Below are positions 45,004 through 58,571 of a stretch of 64,000 nucleotides of DNA, in pieces. Numbering within the stretch: position 1 is the stretch's first letter; each line of letters opens with the position of its first letter. Position numbers and translations under genes: made by a program. A model generated the notes under the pieces. The model searched no databases and was not told where the DNA came from. It saw nothing but the letters and a program-made list of their open reading frames with translations. Origin of the DNA: Ramazzottius varieornatus (Eukaryota > Animalia > Tardigrada); NCBI GenBank assembly GCA_001949185.1, contig BDGG01000002.1:1727631-1791630 (forward strand). Reading direction: 5' to 3'.

Positions 45004-46919
45004 TTAGGAAGCCAGGCTGCTGTATTTGTTGCTGGCACCAAACGAGCTCGATGCCATGTGACTTCGCTCGTCACTTTCACCGTCCTTTTCATGCGCCTTT
45101 TTCCTTCTTTCATCTTCCGTGATGTTCAGCGGTTGCTCTTTAGTTTGACGATTACCCCAGATCATACCCAACGAAGTCACCGTAGCAATCACAGCCATAA
45201 CCAGAAGAAGAATGATCAAGTACCGCCACACTTCCTTGTCGCTCGTGTCCTCCTTCGTTTTGTCCAATATGCCACCAGCTATCAATGAAAACGTACCGGC
45301 ACCGATATACCGAAGAAACTTCAGAATGGCGTCCGCCACGCCGCGCGTGTGCTCGGGCGCTACGATGGAAGTGCTCGCTGAAGAGATGGGACTGAAGATG
45401 GCGTAACCGATGCCGATTAGGACCGTCATGATGATCGAGTTGAAAGAGTCGGAGGCCAAGTAAGCCGCGAAGGCTGTTAAGATAAAAACGGTGCCTAAAG
45501 TCATCCAATAATCGCGACGACCGGTCTTGTCCACAGTGAAACCGATCAGCGGGATGAAAATACTAAGGTCATAGACCAAACTGATGATATAAAGGGCTTC
45601 CATCTCCGTGTAACTGCCTTTACCCTGCAAAATACGAAACAAGCCGGGTAAATTCATTCGTGGAAGTTGGGCCCACAAATTTAGCACGACTGTCTCCCCA
45701 AGTGGCGCACGTTTTCAGCTCTGCTGGCACAAACGGTGCACCACTTGACGAAATCATTTTAACCGATGGCGCACGCTTTCGAACAACAATATTGGGCGTC
45801 TGCGCCACTTGAAAATCAGTTTTGTCGAGTCGTTCTGATGGGCTCCTGCATATTCGGATTTCTGAACTGTGGTTTTCCGCGATAGTTTACAGTGTCGTAC
45901 CCTGAGAAGTGTAGGGGCGTTGCTGGTGAAGGTCGAGATGATGACGTGAACCAGGAAGTAAGCAACGGCGAACCACCAATACATGGATTCGACATGCTTT
46001 CTAAACTGATGGTATCCCTTTTTGGTAGAGTCCCACAGCGTACTCTCCGATCCATCCTTGTCCTCGTTGCTGTCAATCCGACCTTGAATGAGAGCCGCGA
46101 GGGCCGCAGCGATAGTGAGCGCCACGGAGATCCAGATGGCATTGCTCATGCCGATGGCGTCTAACGTGGCGCCGTTGAGCAGGTAGGCACAGGCAGACCC
46201 AAGCCTTGCCAAGAGTATATACAACCCCTTTAACAGCGTGCTGTCTTTCCACAAGCTGTTGACTCGATGGCCACAAACGGTCGAACGGAGCCCGTTACCC
46301 GCGCCGTAAAGGATTCGTCCGATTATCAGGAGGGAAAAGGCCGCTGTGGTGTCTTCCAGATAAGACCCTCCCACGAAAAAGAACCTGTGCGAAACGTCAC
46401 TTGAGGGCGTCATAATGAGGGCAGGGCAAATGAACTGAACCAGATCATTTTCGCACGGGGCGCACCTTTTCAGCGTGCGCCACCTTAGCTAGTCGGCAAT
46501 CTGGTTTGATTCGTTTGCGCAGCATCCAAATGGTTAATATCCATAAGAGATATCATGGTCGGTACATACGAGCCGATTACGGTCAACGGGGCAGCAGACC
46601 AAATCATCCATTTTTGGCCGTATTGTTTAATGGCTAGCGCAGAGTACACTGCCAAGAATCCAGTGGCGTATGTGAAAGCTGCGGACAAGCTGTTGTACTC
46701 GGTGCTGCTGAGGTCTAGGCAGTGGTCCGGTGGCTTCTCTTCCGAGGAGCTTGATGTGGTGCTGGTAGTTGCAGACGTAGAACTGCCGGAATTGCGGCAT
46801 GCAGGAGAGTCGCCTTGCAGACGACGACTCAGCGGAGTCGTGATCTCCGAAAAGAAGTTACCGGAGAAGGCACACAGGCACGAACATGCCAGCACGATCC
46901 ATTGTCGCCTATTCGCCAT
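45004..46919 (-). CDS. MFS transporter, MFSD1-like, paralog B (3 exons)
   Basis: MANRRQWIVLACSCL..EITTPLSRRLQG, DHCLDLSSTEYN, LIIGRILYGAGNG, PLIGFTVDKTGRRDYW; same exon structure as paralog A. Confidence 0.85.
45700..45810. repeat. Paired N27 palindrome units (MFS B intron 2)
   Basis: Units 45700-45746 and 45764-45810, both spacers 27 nt. Confidence 0.8.
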
Positions 46920-47307
46920 CCGTAATGATAGCTTTGTGCGGGTTTCTGAATATGAAAATGGGGAAAACCTTTCTCTAGCTTCTTAGTCTTTAACCGCAAC
47001 ACTTTCATCGGAATACCAATGTTGTGCTACCTATAGTAACATATGCTGAACTAGTGCGCGTGTACAGGCGATTGGGCTTCCGAGTAGCATCGCTTCAGGT
47101 TCTATCGCTTTGCCTCGAGGGTTACTTCAAGCTGAACATAACTCATACCCAGCTCTCGTTGTGGTTTGCATTCGCGTTGAGATCAACAGTTACTACAAGT
47201 AAATGCTTCTAGGTATGGTCACAGTACACGGGGAATACAAATACAGTAAACTCGGACAACTGACGACTGAACTCTAACAGAATAGATTCCCGAAATACAC
47301 GAACGAT

Positions 47308-49129
47308 TCAGTCAGAAAGCAGTGGCGTCGTTTCGTTATGTTTGGTTTCTTTTGCATGTTCTCTTCTTCGGTGTTCTTTTTCTGTTAGAGTCAGCGGTTT
47401 TCCCACGCTGCGATGGTTAGCCCAAGACAGACATAAGGAAGCCAGAATGGCCAGTATCGCCATGGACAGCAAGAGAAGCAACAGGTTCCTCCATACACCA
47501 TCATGGGTAATCAAGTCAACTTGCTCGTTCAAAATGGCACCGGCAATCAGAGCAAAGGTCCCCGTCCCGAAATAGCGCAGGAACTTCAGGACCGCGTTGG
47601 AGAATCCTTCGGTGTTTTGGGGAGCCACAATGGTCGTGCTCGCCGAGGATACCGGATCAAAGATGGCGTAACCGATACCCAAGGTTATGGTCATGACGAT
47701 GCTGTGGACCGTTGTGGAAGCGAGGTACGCCACGAAAGCGCTCATCACCACAACGGTGGCTAGAGTGATCCAGTTTTGCCGATATCCCGTGTGGTCAACT
47801 ACGAAGCCGACAACGGGGATGATGATACTCATGACGTACACTACGCTGATGATCGTAAGGGCTTCGATCTCCGTGTACCGTCCTCTACTCTGTCAGGGAC
47901 AACATGACCCGGTTGAAGCATAGTGAACTACCCCGCATCTTTACGATGAGCCCACAGATGGTACTTCGATCGGCAACAAACTTGCCCAGATCGTTTTTCC
48001 AAGTGGCGCGCGTTTTCAGTGTTGCTGCATGGCCTAAAGCGTGCCCGATTATGAAAGATCGTTGCTTACAGTAAATGAGGCACGAGCTCAGCCAACAAAA
48101 CTGTAAGCGTACGCCGCTTCGGAAAAGTGTCTTTCCGTGTTTGCTTGCCGAGCTAGCAAACTTTCCCTAGCTTAGTTCATGGCAATATAGAGAGATTTAC
48201 CACAAGTAAATTCGGGGCATTGGTTGTGAATGTCGAGACGATCGAGTGAATGAGGAAGTAGGGGACGGCGAACCAGCAGTAGAGTGCATCAACATTGGTG
48301 AAGAACTGATTGACTCCACGCTTCGTCGACTCCCATTTGCCCACACCCTCATGGTCCAGATCATCCTCTGTGTCAATGTAGCCTTGGAACAAAGCGGCGA
48401 AACTAGCGATAATAGTCAGTCCGACGGCAATCCATATAGCATTACTCATCCCGATCGCGTCCAACGTGACTCCGCTCAGCCAGAAACTAAAGGCGTTACC
48501 TAAGCGTCCACTCATCACGTACAGTCCCTTCATCAACGTGCTGTCCTTCCAGAGATGATTGACTCGGTGACTGCACACGGTCGTTCGAAAACCGTTACCG
48601 AAACCATAGAGCAATCTTCCTATCAGAAGCAGCGCGAAAGCGGTATCGTTGTCTTCCAAGTACGACCCGCCAACAAAAAGAAACCTGCATATAATGACAC
48701 AATAAACGTTCGTAGAATGGACGACTCTGAATAACCCAAGCGGAGCACATACCAGTATACTTACGCGCCTGTAACTGCGAGTAGTCCGGAAGACCAAATC
48801 AACCATCGCTGACCAGAGTGTTTGACAGCCAAAGCAGCAAAGACCGAGGCAATCGCGGTAGCGTATGTGAAAGTGGCGGAGAGACTGTTGTATTCGGTGC
48901 TGTCCAGGTTGAGACAGTGGTCCGGTTTCTTGTAGGCTGATGGGTCGGTGGCGTTGACTATTGCAGCGACCACAGTCGAATCCGTGTTCATATTGCTGAT
49001 AAAGGTGCACGCTAACGATTGTCCTTGTAGTCGACGACTCAGGGGACTGAGGATCTGTGAAAAGAAGTTACCGGAGAAAGCTAACAGGCATGAACAGACC
49101 AAGACAATCCATTGCTGCCTTCTCGCCAT
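47308..49129 (-). CDS. MFS transporter, MFSD1-like, paralog C (3 exons)
   Basis: MARRQQWIVLVCSCLL, DHCLNLDSTEYN, LLIGRLLYGFGNG, PVVGFVVDHTGYR; ends ETTPLLSD*. Confidence 0.85.
48001..48119. repeat. Degenerate paired N27 palindrome units (MFS C intron 2)
   Basis: Left arm AAGTGGCGCG at 48001; second unit 48073-48119 with 27-nt spacer. Confidence 0.55.
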
Positions 49130-51011
49130 TGAACTTCCTGCTAACACATTCGGCTCATCAGGCTGCCGTATCCGAAGACCGGGGACAGTTAGTCCATTTA
49201 GGAAGCATCCATCTGCTTGGCCCCGATACCCAACGCACGATATCCAACCACATGCCACTTCAAGTTTGCGGGAAAGACATGTAAACAGGAAATGCTCGAT
49301 CTCTTGTTTTGTAGTCTACGGTTTCCGTTCGCGACGGAAGTACAGTCAACAACGGTAGGACATGGCCTTGGGCTTGTTTTCCACTATAGCGATGTTTCTT
49401 CCTCCAGGCCAGGTTCTTAATGATCAGCGGTTCTTTCTTACCGTGTGAGAATGGGCAGTTAACCCGATACAAACAAAATCGGCCTGCTCGATAATCCATT
49501 GCAGTGAGGCACGCTTCCGGCCGATGGGGCTGAGAATGTCCTCCACTTGGGAGAATAATTTTGTCGAATTTTCATGCCGACATCCCAATCTTTTTCGAAT
49601 CGTTGTTCCACACAGGCGCAACGAAGTTCTCGGGTGCCCCCTCCCCCGCACCACTGCCCATCCCTCACCTCGAACTGTATTGCTCCTGCTTACGTTCGTA
49701 CCGGCAGCCAAGCAGTAGCAGCATCCTTCGTTTCCCTTTGACCTGGTTGGCCAGGTATGTCTTTCCAGGAGTGCCTGCCGTGACTTTGGAAATGCCGACG
49801 AGGCAGAGAACAGGAACGCATTCTTGATTCACCAATACTCCGCTTAAATGAAACATCAAGCGGTGATTTGTACAGTATAATTCAGCTAGACTGATATGCC
49901 ACATTTTCCAGATACTTTCAAAATGTTGCATATGCACTTGTTGCATTGTATATAACTACCGTTAATCACAAGATTCTTTGTTCCATCTACCTGACGCATT
50001 TATTTGGTCGATGTCTCGCTAAAGCTTTTTTAACATGGCTCTCAAGGGAGGCTTCTTCACTCCATGTCAAAGCGTGTAAAGCATGACATTCTGCTTCAGA
50101 ACCTATAACATTACAACGTTGTTAGTAAGTTTTAAAACGCATCCTGCCAGAAAAAAAAAATGAGCTGTCGGCAAATAACTTGAGATACATGTAGATCGAT
50201 GTTCCAAGTGGAGCCACACCAGGCGCATGAAGAATCGGATGATGAATTAACATACTGTTTTCAGATTCTTCACTGGCCTAATTTTGTGATGGAGCTTCTT
50301 CAAACGAGAATGTGGGTCAAGCCAAAGTATTACGTATCTTGAAGGAAACGATTCATAGCAAACCAGCATATCCGGTTTGCAAGCAACTTCCACAATACCA
50401 GCTGCACAATAACCAAGAAATGTCCCTATTGTATCAATATTCGGTCTTCATGTAAGAAAAGCAGCAGCTCGCTGCAATGTGGAAGCATAGAAAATACGAA
50501 GACTGCAGCGCCACGCTGCGGCAAGTTATCGACACCCGTCCCCGAGATAGCTGGAGTACGTGTAGTGCGAAGTAAGACTCACGGGTAGTGGTCTTTGAAA
50601 TTGAATGTGCGAGTACACGTCCGCGTACGGTGCTTCTCGCTGCTGTGCGTATCTGCATGAGACCGGTTCATGCTGTTTAGCCAAAGCACCATTCGAATTC
50701 CCGTTCATTCTGCATTTTCGAAGAAGTACCTCTTGATGCGCCATTAGGTACTTCACAAGACTCTTCTTGAGAAGGAACAAGGTACAGTAGCAAGCACAGT
50801 CACACATGGAGGACCGGGGTGTGATTCGAAAGACGGCTGCCACTTGTTGATCATCGCGCGAAGAAGCTTTGTTGTCAGCAGCTTCAGCTCAAGTGCACTT
50901 CCTTAACGTCTTGGCCAATACTTCCTTGAAATATGTTTACTTTCAAGACGCCGCCCGATCATTTCCTCTTGTCGACTTGTATGCTTAGTTTGCATAACTT
51001 TCGTTTACGCC

Positions 51012-52230
51012 ATGTTTGTGCCTTACGGAATCTCCTTATTTTTCGGACTATGGATAATCTTGACCAACTGTTATCATGCGGAGGGATACGTGTTAAACAC
51101 CAACCCGACATTTGCCAAATGGCCCGGAAACACCGTCCCTTTCCTCATTTCTCCCGAATATAGTGCGTGGGGTTACTTATTCCCTGCCGCACAAAGCTTT
51201 CCCTACGAAGATTTTACGTGTCTGTCCTTTTCCAGGTCCTGCCGAACAGAGCACGATCCGGCTGGCAGCGGCGCAGCTACAGGCTGATATGGGGAACTGC
51301 ATTCGGTTCGTCGACTTGACCAACAGCGGTATTCCGACCAATACTCATTACGTCATCATATCCAAGAGCGGAGGACCTGGGTACGTTTCAGATCGGTCGC
51401 ATATTTTCTTCTGCCCTCTTGCTACGAGTTCATGCGTAAAAAAACGTGAACGAAGTTTCCGTAGAAAAAAAGCAGAATATTAAAGTGTTTTACGATCTCA
51501 CGGGCAAAAACTCTAATTGTCGCTCGTATTATGTAGGGTTCCAGCGTCGAGTTGCTACTCTTTTCCGGGCATGGTAGTCTCTCCTAGCCAACCTCCTCCA
51601 TCTTACGCGCAGCACATGGCTATCCAGAACGGTCCAGGCGGATGTCTCAGTAGTACGCGACAAGTCATGCGGTTTCTGGCTAGCGTTCTTGGCTTACGAG
51701 GAGAACACAACAAGTAAAGCCGAGAGGAAATGTATATCAGCGGGGATGGTTTATAATCGTCGGCTAAGATGTGATCATAAATTTGCAGGCCGGGAAGAGA
51801 TAACTTCATCCAGATCAACATTCAAAATGTCGATCGCTGTAAGTTATCGTGCCATAAAAAGCGAATCGAACTCAGAAAGTACCACGCTGGTATGTTTTGC
51901 TAGTGGCGCCGCTGGTTGGTGCTTTCAACGAATACGATCCGCGTACAGTGGCCTTCAATGCCACAGACTTTGACTACAATTCGATATCGATGTTGGATCC
52001 TTTGAGTTATTCCCGTAACGGCGCACCCGTTATCGTTAGCCGGAATGGAAGACCCATTTTTAACGGAGGACGGCTTAGTTTTCGAGACTGTTATGCCCTC
52101 AGCCTCATGTATGGATGCATGGTTCAGTGCCCAACCTGTAAGTGTAACCGGAAACCAAAGCGAGTACTTACACCAACCAGAAACCCGCGCGATTGAAATT
52201 TTCACCCTGTTTTTCGTTTCAGTTTATTAA
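51012..52230 (+). CDS. Secreted astacin-fold (M12A) protein lacking zinc ligands
   Basis: Signal peptide, KWPGNTVPFLI, CIRFV, SCYSFPG, GCL, LGLRGEHNK|PGRDNFIQINIQNV, FDYNSIS, RLSFRD..MYGC follow astacin order; HExxHxxGxxH reads RFLASVLGLRG. Confidence 0.8.
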
Positions 52231-53350
52231 TCCTGTCCGATTTGCACGTTTCCCGGACCTGCCGTTCTTAGCCTCTCTCTGTACGAGTCTCGAGCTCTCT
52301 CTTTCCTCCCAAGAGTCTTACCACGTTCCGATGGCTGGTGGACGAGAAGATGCCTTGATGAATTCAAGCGAACGATAAGCTTTGGAACCTTTAATGGGTT
52401 TCCTACTTGTGTGAGGGTGAAAATGCGATAAAAATTATGATCCAGCTATGGAGAAGGTTTCGCTTGATGCACGAGTCAGCAGTGAAATTAAGATCGAAAA
52501 TTCGATCTCACCCGGGTACTTCACCGTTTATGGATTTGTGTCATATCGAAACGCTGTTTGCATCGCTGCTTTACCAGAGAAGCATTCCCAGTCTCCCTAG
52601 TACACTGTGCTGTTTCCGTGAGCCCTGGATGAGGAGCTGTGGCAGTGGATGGAGCTCCCCACGCTTGTCCATCGATCGGTTTGGTTTTCCCTGCTCGTGA
52701 TGCTTTATCGTGATTGCCAACAAACCGTTCCAGCGTTCATCGCAAACATCAGCCAATACCGCCTACTACTCTGTCCATTTCTTTCTCTTGTCTCCAAGTC
52801 TCAAAACTTTTCTCGCGTTGACCTAGGAGTTCTCTTTTTGAGCGGAACCAGGCTATCGATAGCACAGACCGTCACAATCGACGCTTCCTTCAGCGTTCTC
52901 ATTGTTGCTTCTGCTACTTAACGCGTGACGAGACTTGATCTGCACCAGGACGGGAATATCTCTGGAAGGAATAATTTATTGGTAAGTCATTTCTGTCTGC
53001 ACGCAAAGATCACAACGGGTCACGGGGACCACGCGAAAAGTTGCGATCATTCTCTGCGTTACGTAAGAGGAACGTATACAGGGTGTACGATAATATGGAA
53101 ATCTGGAGAATCGATGGATGGCTTTGACGCGAGATGAAATGAGCCTTATGGAGAATCTCAGCTTCTTCCAGGAATGGTCTTGAGCCAGAGGGAAGACGAG
53201 AAAAATCACGACAACGAACAAGGGGATTACGATTTAAGCTGGTCTCTCAGTGCCATTGTGATACCGCATCGAACCCGATTCTCGCCATTCCTCACTTGAT
53301 CGAGTACCTCTAATCAATCTTTTGTTGCAGATTATTCAAACTTATCCAAG

Positions 53351-54415
53351 ATGGAGTTTATAGCCAAGCAGATGCTGTCCAGCAAGATGGGAGAAGTGAA
53401 AAACCTTGCAGGAGGCGGCGAAGGCGAGAAGAAGGAGGGCGAAGAAGGAACCGAAGGAGGGCTGGATCCCGAGATTATCAAAGCTCGAGAAGAAGCAGAG
53501 GAAGCCAGAAAAGAAAAGCATCGTAAGATGGAGGAGCAGCGGGAAGGAATGCGACAAGGTATTCGGGACAAGGTAAGAATGTCGTAAAATTCAAAAGTTG
53601 CCTTGCTGTGAAACTAACTACTGTCATGCTTCATGAACTTCGCGTAGTACATCATCACACGCGAACAGTTGAACCTCGGTCCAAAAACTTCGCCCTAAAT
53701 ACCCCCTAAGGGATGTTTTTCGCATGTGATGACGTACATCGCGAAGTTTATAAAGCATTACAGTGCTTTAATGTGCCAATGATGTAAGACAAGATTGGTC
53801 CAGGTCCGCGTAAAGAGTCCCCCCGGTACGCGCAGTTTTGGCTCTTATGCCCAATTCTAATTTAGTACTGGTGGGACCGTCCCGTCCTACTGATCAAGCA
53901 TAAAATTGAACGGCATATGGCCACATGTTCGTTCTGCTCGGAAACTACAGGGCTCGGTCACGTGGTTTCCCAACATTACAGCATCCGAGACTTCGTCCGA
54001 TTGATTGCCGCGATCTGTTTGGTGGCACTTCCGGCATGGAAGTCTCGATAGCAGAACGGTTATCGCCGATCATTTTCTGTGAGTCTCCGACTTTTCTCGT
54101 CGTTTTGTAGTACAACATAAAGAAGAAGGAGGTTGTGGTGGAGGAGGTTCCTCAGGCACTTCCGGGAATGGAAGGTCGGTTGAACAAGCCCAAAGCTGAT
54201 CAAGCCCTGCTGGCACAACAAGCCGCCATGGCCGATGAAGATCTTCCCTGTAAGCTTCACTCATTTTCCGGACTTTAGCTTCGAAACCCTCGAAGACTCG
54301 CGAGGAGCTTTGATACCTGTTGTCCTTTGTAGTAATGCAACAAGTCGAAAAGGGACTGAATACAGTGAAAGAGGCTGCAACGGGGCTTTTCGCGAAGCTT
54401 CCCTTCTTTAAATAA
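53351..54415 (+). CDS. cpx: Complexin (3 coding exons)
   Basis: MEFIAKQMLSSKM..EEARKEKHRKMEEQREGMRQGIRDK|YNIKKKE..EGRLNK..|..GLFAKLPFFK*. Confidence 0.93.
53621..53763. mobile_element. Short palindromic MITE in complexin intron
   Basis: CTGTCATGCTTCATGAACTTCGCG...CGCGAAGTTTATAAAGCATTACAG imperfect TIRs, TA on the left; the same end sequence recurs at 63959. Confidence 0.6.
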
Positions 54416-55059
54416 CTTCTGAATAAAATTCAAGTTTGCTTCTTGTGAACCTCAGAGTTTATCCCGTGTCTGTCGATACTCAATTTGATTTCGTTCCTCT
54501 GAACTTATCACTCCAATGTCCAATAATTTCCTCACTCAACCAGAATGTACAAACTGCCTCACTGTGCTGTGAGACCAATGACAGAAAATTCGGGTGCAAA
54601 CTGCAAAGAGCCTTGCTTTATTTGGCGATAAAAAATCTGTAAAAAAGATGCAAGGCTGCAAACAGCGAAGGAGCTGTGGAAGTAAAAGGCACAAAACCGG
54701 AAGGCAGCTTTCATTCACAGGCGAAATACGAAGAACTCGGAGGCCACAACTCGCAACTCCTTTGAGCAAAAAGAAACTTCAAATGCATTCGGTCAGATCA
54801 AGATGAAATAAAACTCGAAGGCACAATGCGCTTAAAAGAGGGAAGGCTAAAATTCTGCAGAACCATCACCGAGCAAAAGGAAAGACGAATCTATGGAATG
54901 CTTTACTGAGGCTTCTTGGAAGTAGAAGTCACCGGTTGAGGAAAGTGGAACGCTCGAGCGCCAAGGAACGTCGTGTTGCGTGCTTCTACAATCGAACTAA
55001 AATCAACAACTCCGCTTACAAGACTATCACTCTTGAAAAAAATCGAAGGCAAAGCCAGA

Positions 55060-56936
55060 CTAACCTGCGGGGCTAGCCGTCACCGCCGAAACTGGGTTGG
55101 GGACATCAATGAGACCTGCAGTAAAGATATGACCATCAACTTCAGGCCCAAACGTTATCATCAAAGCTCGCTTCCAACCGTCGATGGTTCTCATCGTGCC
55201 ATTCTCGACGCTGCCGATCATCATTGGAGAGAGCTGGGCAGGACCAGGCGAGGCTGTGAAGAGATGGCCGGACGAAGCTCCGATCACTTCCGGATCGTTT
55301 ACGGTGAAGCCCATGCCTGAAACTGAGAAGACGTCAGGATTTAGAAAAGAACGATTGACGTCAGATACCAATCTCAGGGCAACCGTGAATTTCTTGACGT
55401 CACCAACTCAACCTACCAACTTCCGGTACGAGGCGCATCGTTCCCGTCAGAGCCCGCTGCATCAGCCAAGCTGCTGGACGGACCGGGCGGCATCCGCATT
55501 ACGTGAACAACCCGCTATATCCGACGTCGCAACAGAACAGAAAATAGAAAAAGTCTTACCTGGAGTAGCAGGCATTTGATGGATGTTTGGAGAAACCGTT
55601 GGATCTGCATCAATGACGAGATCGTTGGAGCGAGCGCGAGGTGCACTGACGAAAGACATGAGACCGGTAGTTCCTGCTCCTACGCTGTGCTGTGTGGCTG
55701 TCAGGGGAGCAGGTCCTACTGCTGCGGCATCGCTCAGTGGCAGACCGTTGGTTACGTTCACGGTTATGTTGGTGTTGGGTGGGACGATAATCCCCACAGC
55801 ATTGGGACTTCCTTAAAAAATAACCGTCAACCCTCATCCAGAGAATCAAAGGATGAAAGAGGAAGGGCAACTTACCGTTACCTGAGTGCAGGTCCACATC
55901 AGCGGCGGAAACTCTGGTCCCATCTTCGCCGAGAAAGTCCATCAGCGCCACTGCGTTTCCTTCCGAAGTCGTTACCGTGACAGAAGAATTACCGGAAGAA
56001 GAAACCACGACGGTGCTGTTATTCGGTACTCCCACAGTGATGTCGAAGCTGGTGGCATCTTGAGATCCTGAAAGGAGAGATCCAGAATCAACAGGGATTT
56101 AAATAACCGAAAAGTAATGACGATACCTGATGAGCTACCACCACGAGTTCCGTTCCCAGCGACACCAGCAACGACCATGGAGTCAGCATTTTCCCTCATC
56201 ACTAGAAAATACAAGGCAAAAGTTACTTCAGCTAAAAAAAACAAAACGTCAGGAAAGAAGGTCGTGACACTATGACTGGAAATAACCTAGAAGTGCATGC
56301 CCAGTTGAGCGGCGTATCTTGTTGGGCTCAGCCAATGGTGAAATGCGGCAGTTTAGTTAAAAAAGCCAGAAATGATATTTCAACCAGACTTCATTCTTCT
56401 GCACTTACTTTTAAGGAAGACGATGCCAACCACAGCTGTTCCCACCCCAATGAAGGCCAGAATAATAACGGAGGCAACCTAAAAAAGTAAGAAGAAGGGT
56501 AAGCTATGCGCAGGAATGAAAGAGGGGAGGGGAAGTAGTTTCTGGTTCATGCTCTTACCGCACATCGCCAGCACGAGCAGCAGTTCTTGCGATATCTGTG
56601 TTCATGGTAAGCTCGGTAAGACCTAGTAGGACGCAGAGGCATCAGGGCAGCTCGTGAAGAGGAGGCATGGCCGTTGTCCCAGTCAGATCCGCCGTAGGAA
56701 GGATGGTTGACCGGGAAGGAGGGTCCATTCCAGCCGTATCCTCCGTTCTGTTGTCCGCCCATCGGCACAGGAACAGGCACCATCACGTACATGGAGTTAC
56801 CTGTCTGTCGTCCTTCATTGTTGTTGTACATGGCTGAGCCTTTGCCGAATGAGGAAGTCGGGAAAGAGGAGGAAACCTTGTCGGCTCGGGGAATGTATTC
56901 GTCGAGGTGGTAGGCTTTGTGGTTAGGAGAGTCCAT
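55060..56936 (-). CDS. Unknown single-pass (likely type II) membrane protein; 3' end uncertain
   Basis: Exon 1 MDSPNH...YRKNCCSCWRCA| splices to a TM exon VASVIILAFIGVGTAVVGIVFLK|, then Ser/Thr/Val-rich exons with several N-x-S/T sites. Confidence 0.55.
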
Positions 56937-57812
56937 CAGCTCACTGCAGGCACCAGGCTGGAAAGGGACGATGGATCACGAATACCGGGGATACCTGCTG
57001 CACGTAGAAAGTAACAGGAAGAAAATAGGGTTAAAGCACGTTGTCGGTGAAGGGAGCAGTAAGGAGAGAAGAATCAGAATCCCGGATCTATGCAATGAAA
57101 ATTTCCACTAACTTTTGAGCTCTTGGAGAAAAAGCTCAACGGCCAAACGCACAGTGCCGAGTCAATTAAACCAACAACACCACGTGACACGTGCTACGTT
57201 GCAGAAACTGAACTTGTCCACGTGGTACTAACTGCGAAATATAATCCGAGACATAAACCGAACGCAATGGATCAGTACGCTGTGCTGGGTCCTGACTGGC
57301 CGATCGAATACGTGCCGACCATTGTCCGTTTGGAAGGCAGATTTATCCTGCTAGCTGCGCTTTTGACTGGACATTGCTCAGCGAGACGAACGGGGAAGAC
57401 GACAGCTCCCTCCTTTGTCTTATAGATTACAATGCCCACGGGGACCGCCCATTGAGCCACCTTATGGCACACGAACCGGAAGTGCCTGTGTCTGAGCCGT
57501 TCGGTTTATTGCACAACCGAGTTCGACCATCTGAAACTTTACAGTTTGTAGTTCCATCTTCCATACTTTTTTCATCTCGCAGATCCAAAGCATTGTTATT
57601 GGGAGGCAAGGTATCCCGATGGCCGAAGCTCAACCGCATGAAACATAACACAAACAAGATCAGAGCACATAATTCTACTGGTCAAATATTAAATTGGCTC
57701 CTGCCAAACCTGCCTTGACAAACCTTCTAACAAAGAGCCGACCGGTCATGCCAGTAAACTGTTATAAACACATAGAAGCTAGTGGAGCCATCTCCCCAAA
57801 AGAAGAAGCAGT

Positions 57813-58225
57813 CTAAGGCCGCAAGTAATTTCGCATCTTTTGACGGTATGGATCGTCGGCGAGAGCGTCCAGCGTAATCAGGTTGGCAGTGAAGGCGTCC
57901 TGATTCGCGTTGTTGCTCTCTTCACGATCAAAACCCCAACGCTTCCGACTCGCCCCCATCAATCTTCCCACTGCTGAACACCCGCCATAACGGTTACAAA
58001 ACGGACGCTTCGCCGGTGGAAGGACCAAGTTCTCACTTGCGGAAGGCTCCATCTCTCCGTTCTAAATCAAGAAAACGGAAGTAAAAATTGAAAGCATCGA
58101 AAGTAATCCCAGAAGAAACTTTGTAGTGCTGAAAACTTTCTGGATACCTGAGCGAGCGTTGAGTGAAGAACGAAGACTACGAAAATCCACAGAGCGCAGA
58201 AGATATAGTACCGCGAGAGGTGCAT
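57813..58225 (-). CDS. CCAP: CCAP-like neuropeptide precursor (2 exons)
   Basis: Signal peptide MHLSRYYIFCALWIFVVFVLHSTLAQ|, then KR-PFCNRYGGC-SAVGR...RKR; compare CCAP PFCNAFTGC. Alternative start at 58252. Confidence 0.75.
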
Positions 58226-58571
58226 GGTGGGTTCGAACAAAGCAAGTTTCATGCAGGAGAAAGAGGAACGAGTACAAAGTTGAGATGCAGTTTTTCGTGA
58301 CAACTTCGTACTTTTATGGGAAACTTCCTCCCGAATGCCTCAACGTCAAGGCTCCGTTACTTATGGGACGTCACGCTCTTCGGCGGATACTGCTGGTCAC
58401 AATGCACAATCACCCTCACTTCCGGCTGTGACAAAGGTATCACATTATATTATAAAGGACAACAGTGGTACGGGCCAAGATCACAACTCGAGGAAGAAAT
58501 GCGGGGAACACAGTTGCCTTTATTTGGTGTGAACAAGGCAAAAGAACAACAGTGGACCACTTCCGATTGCG

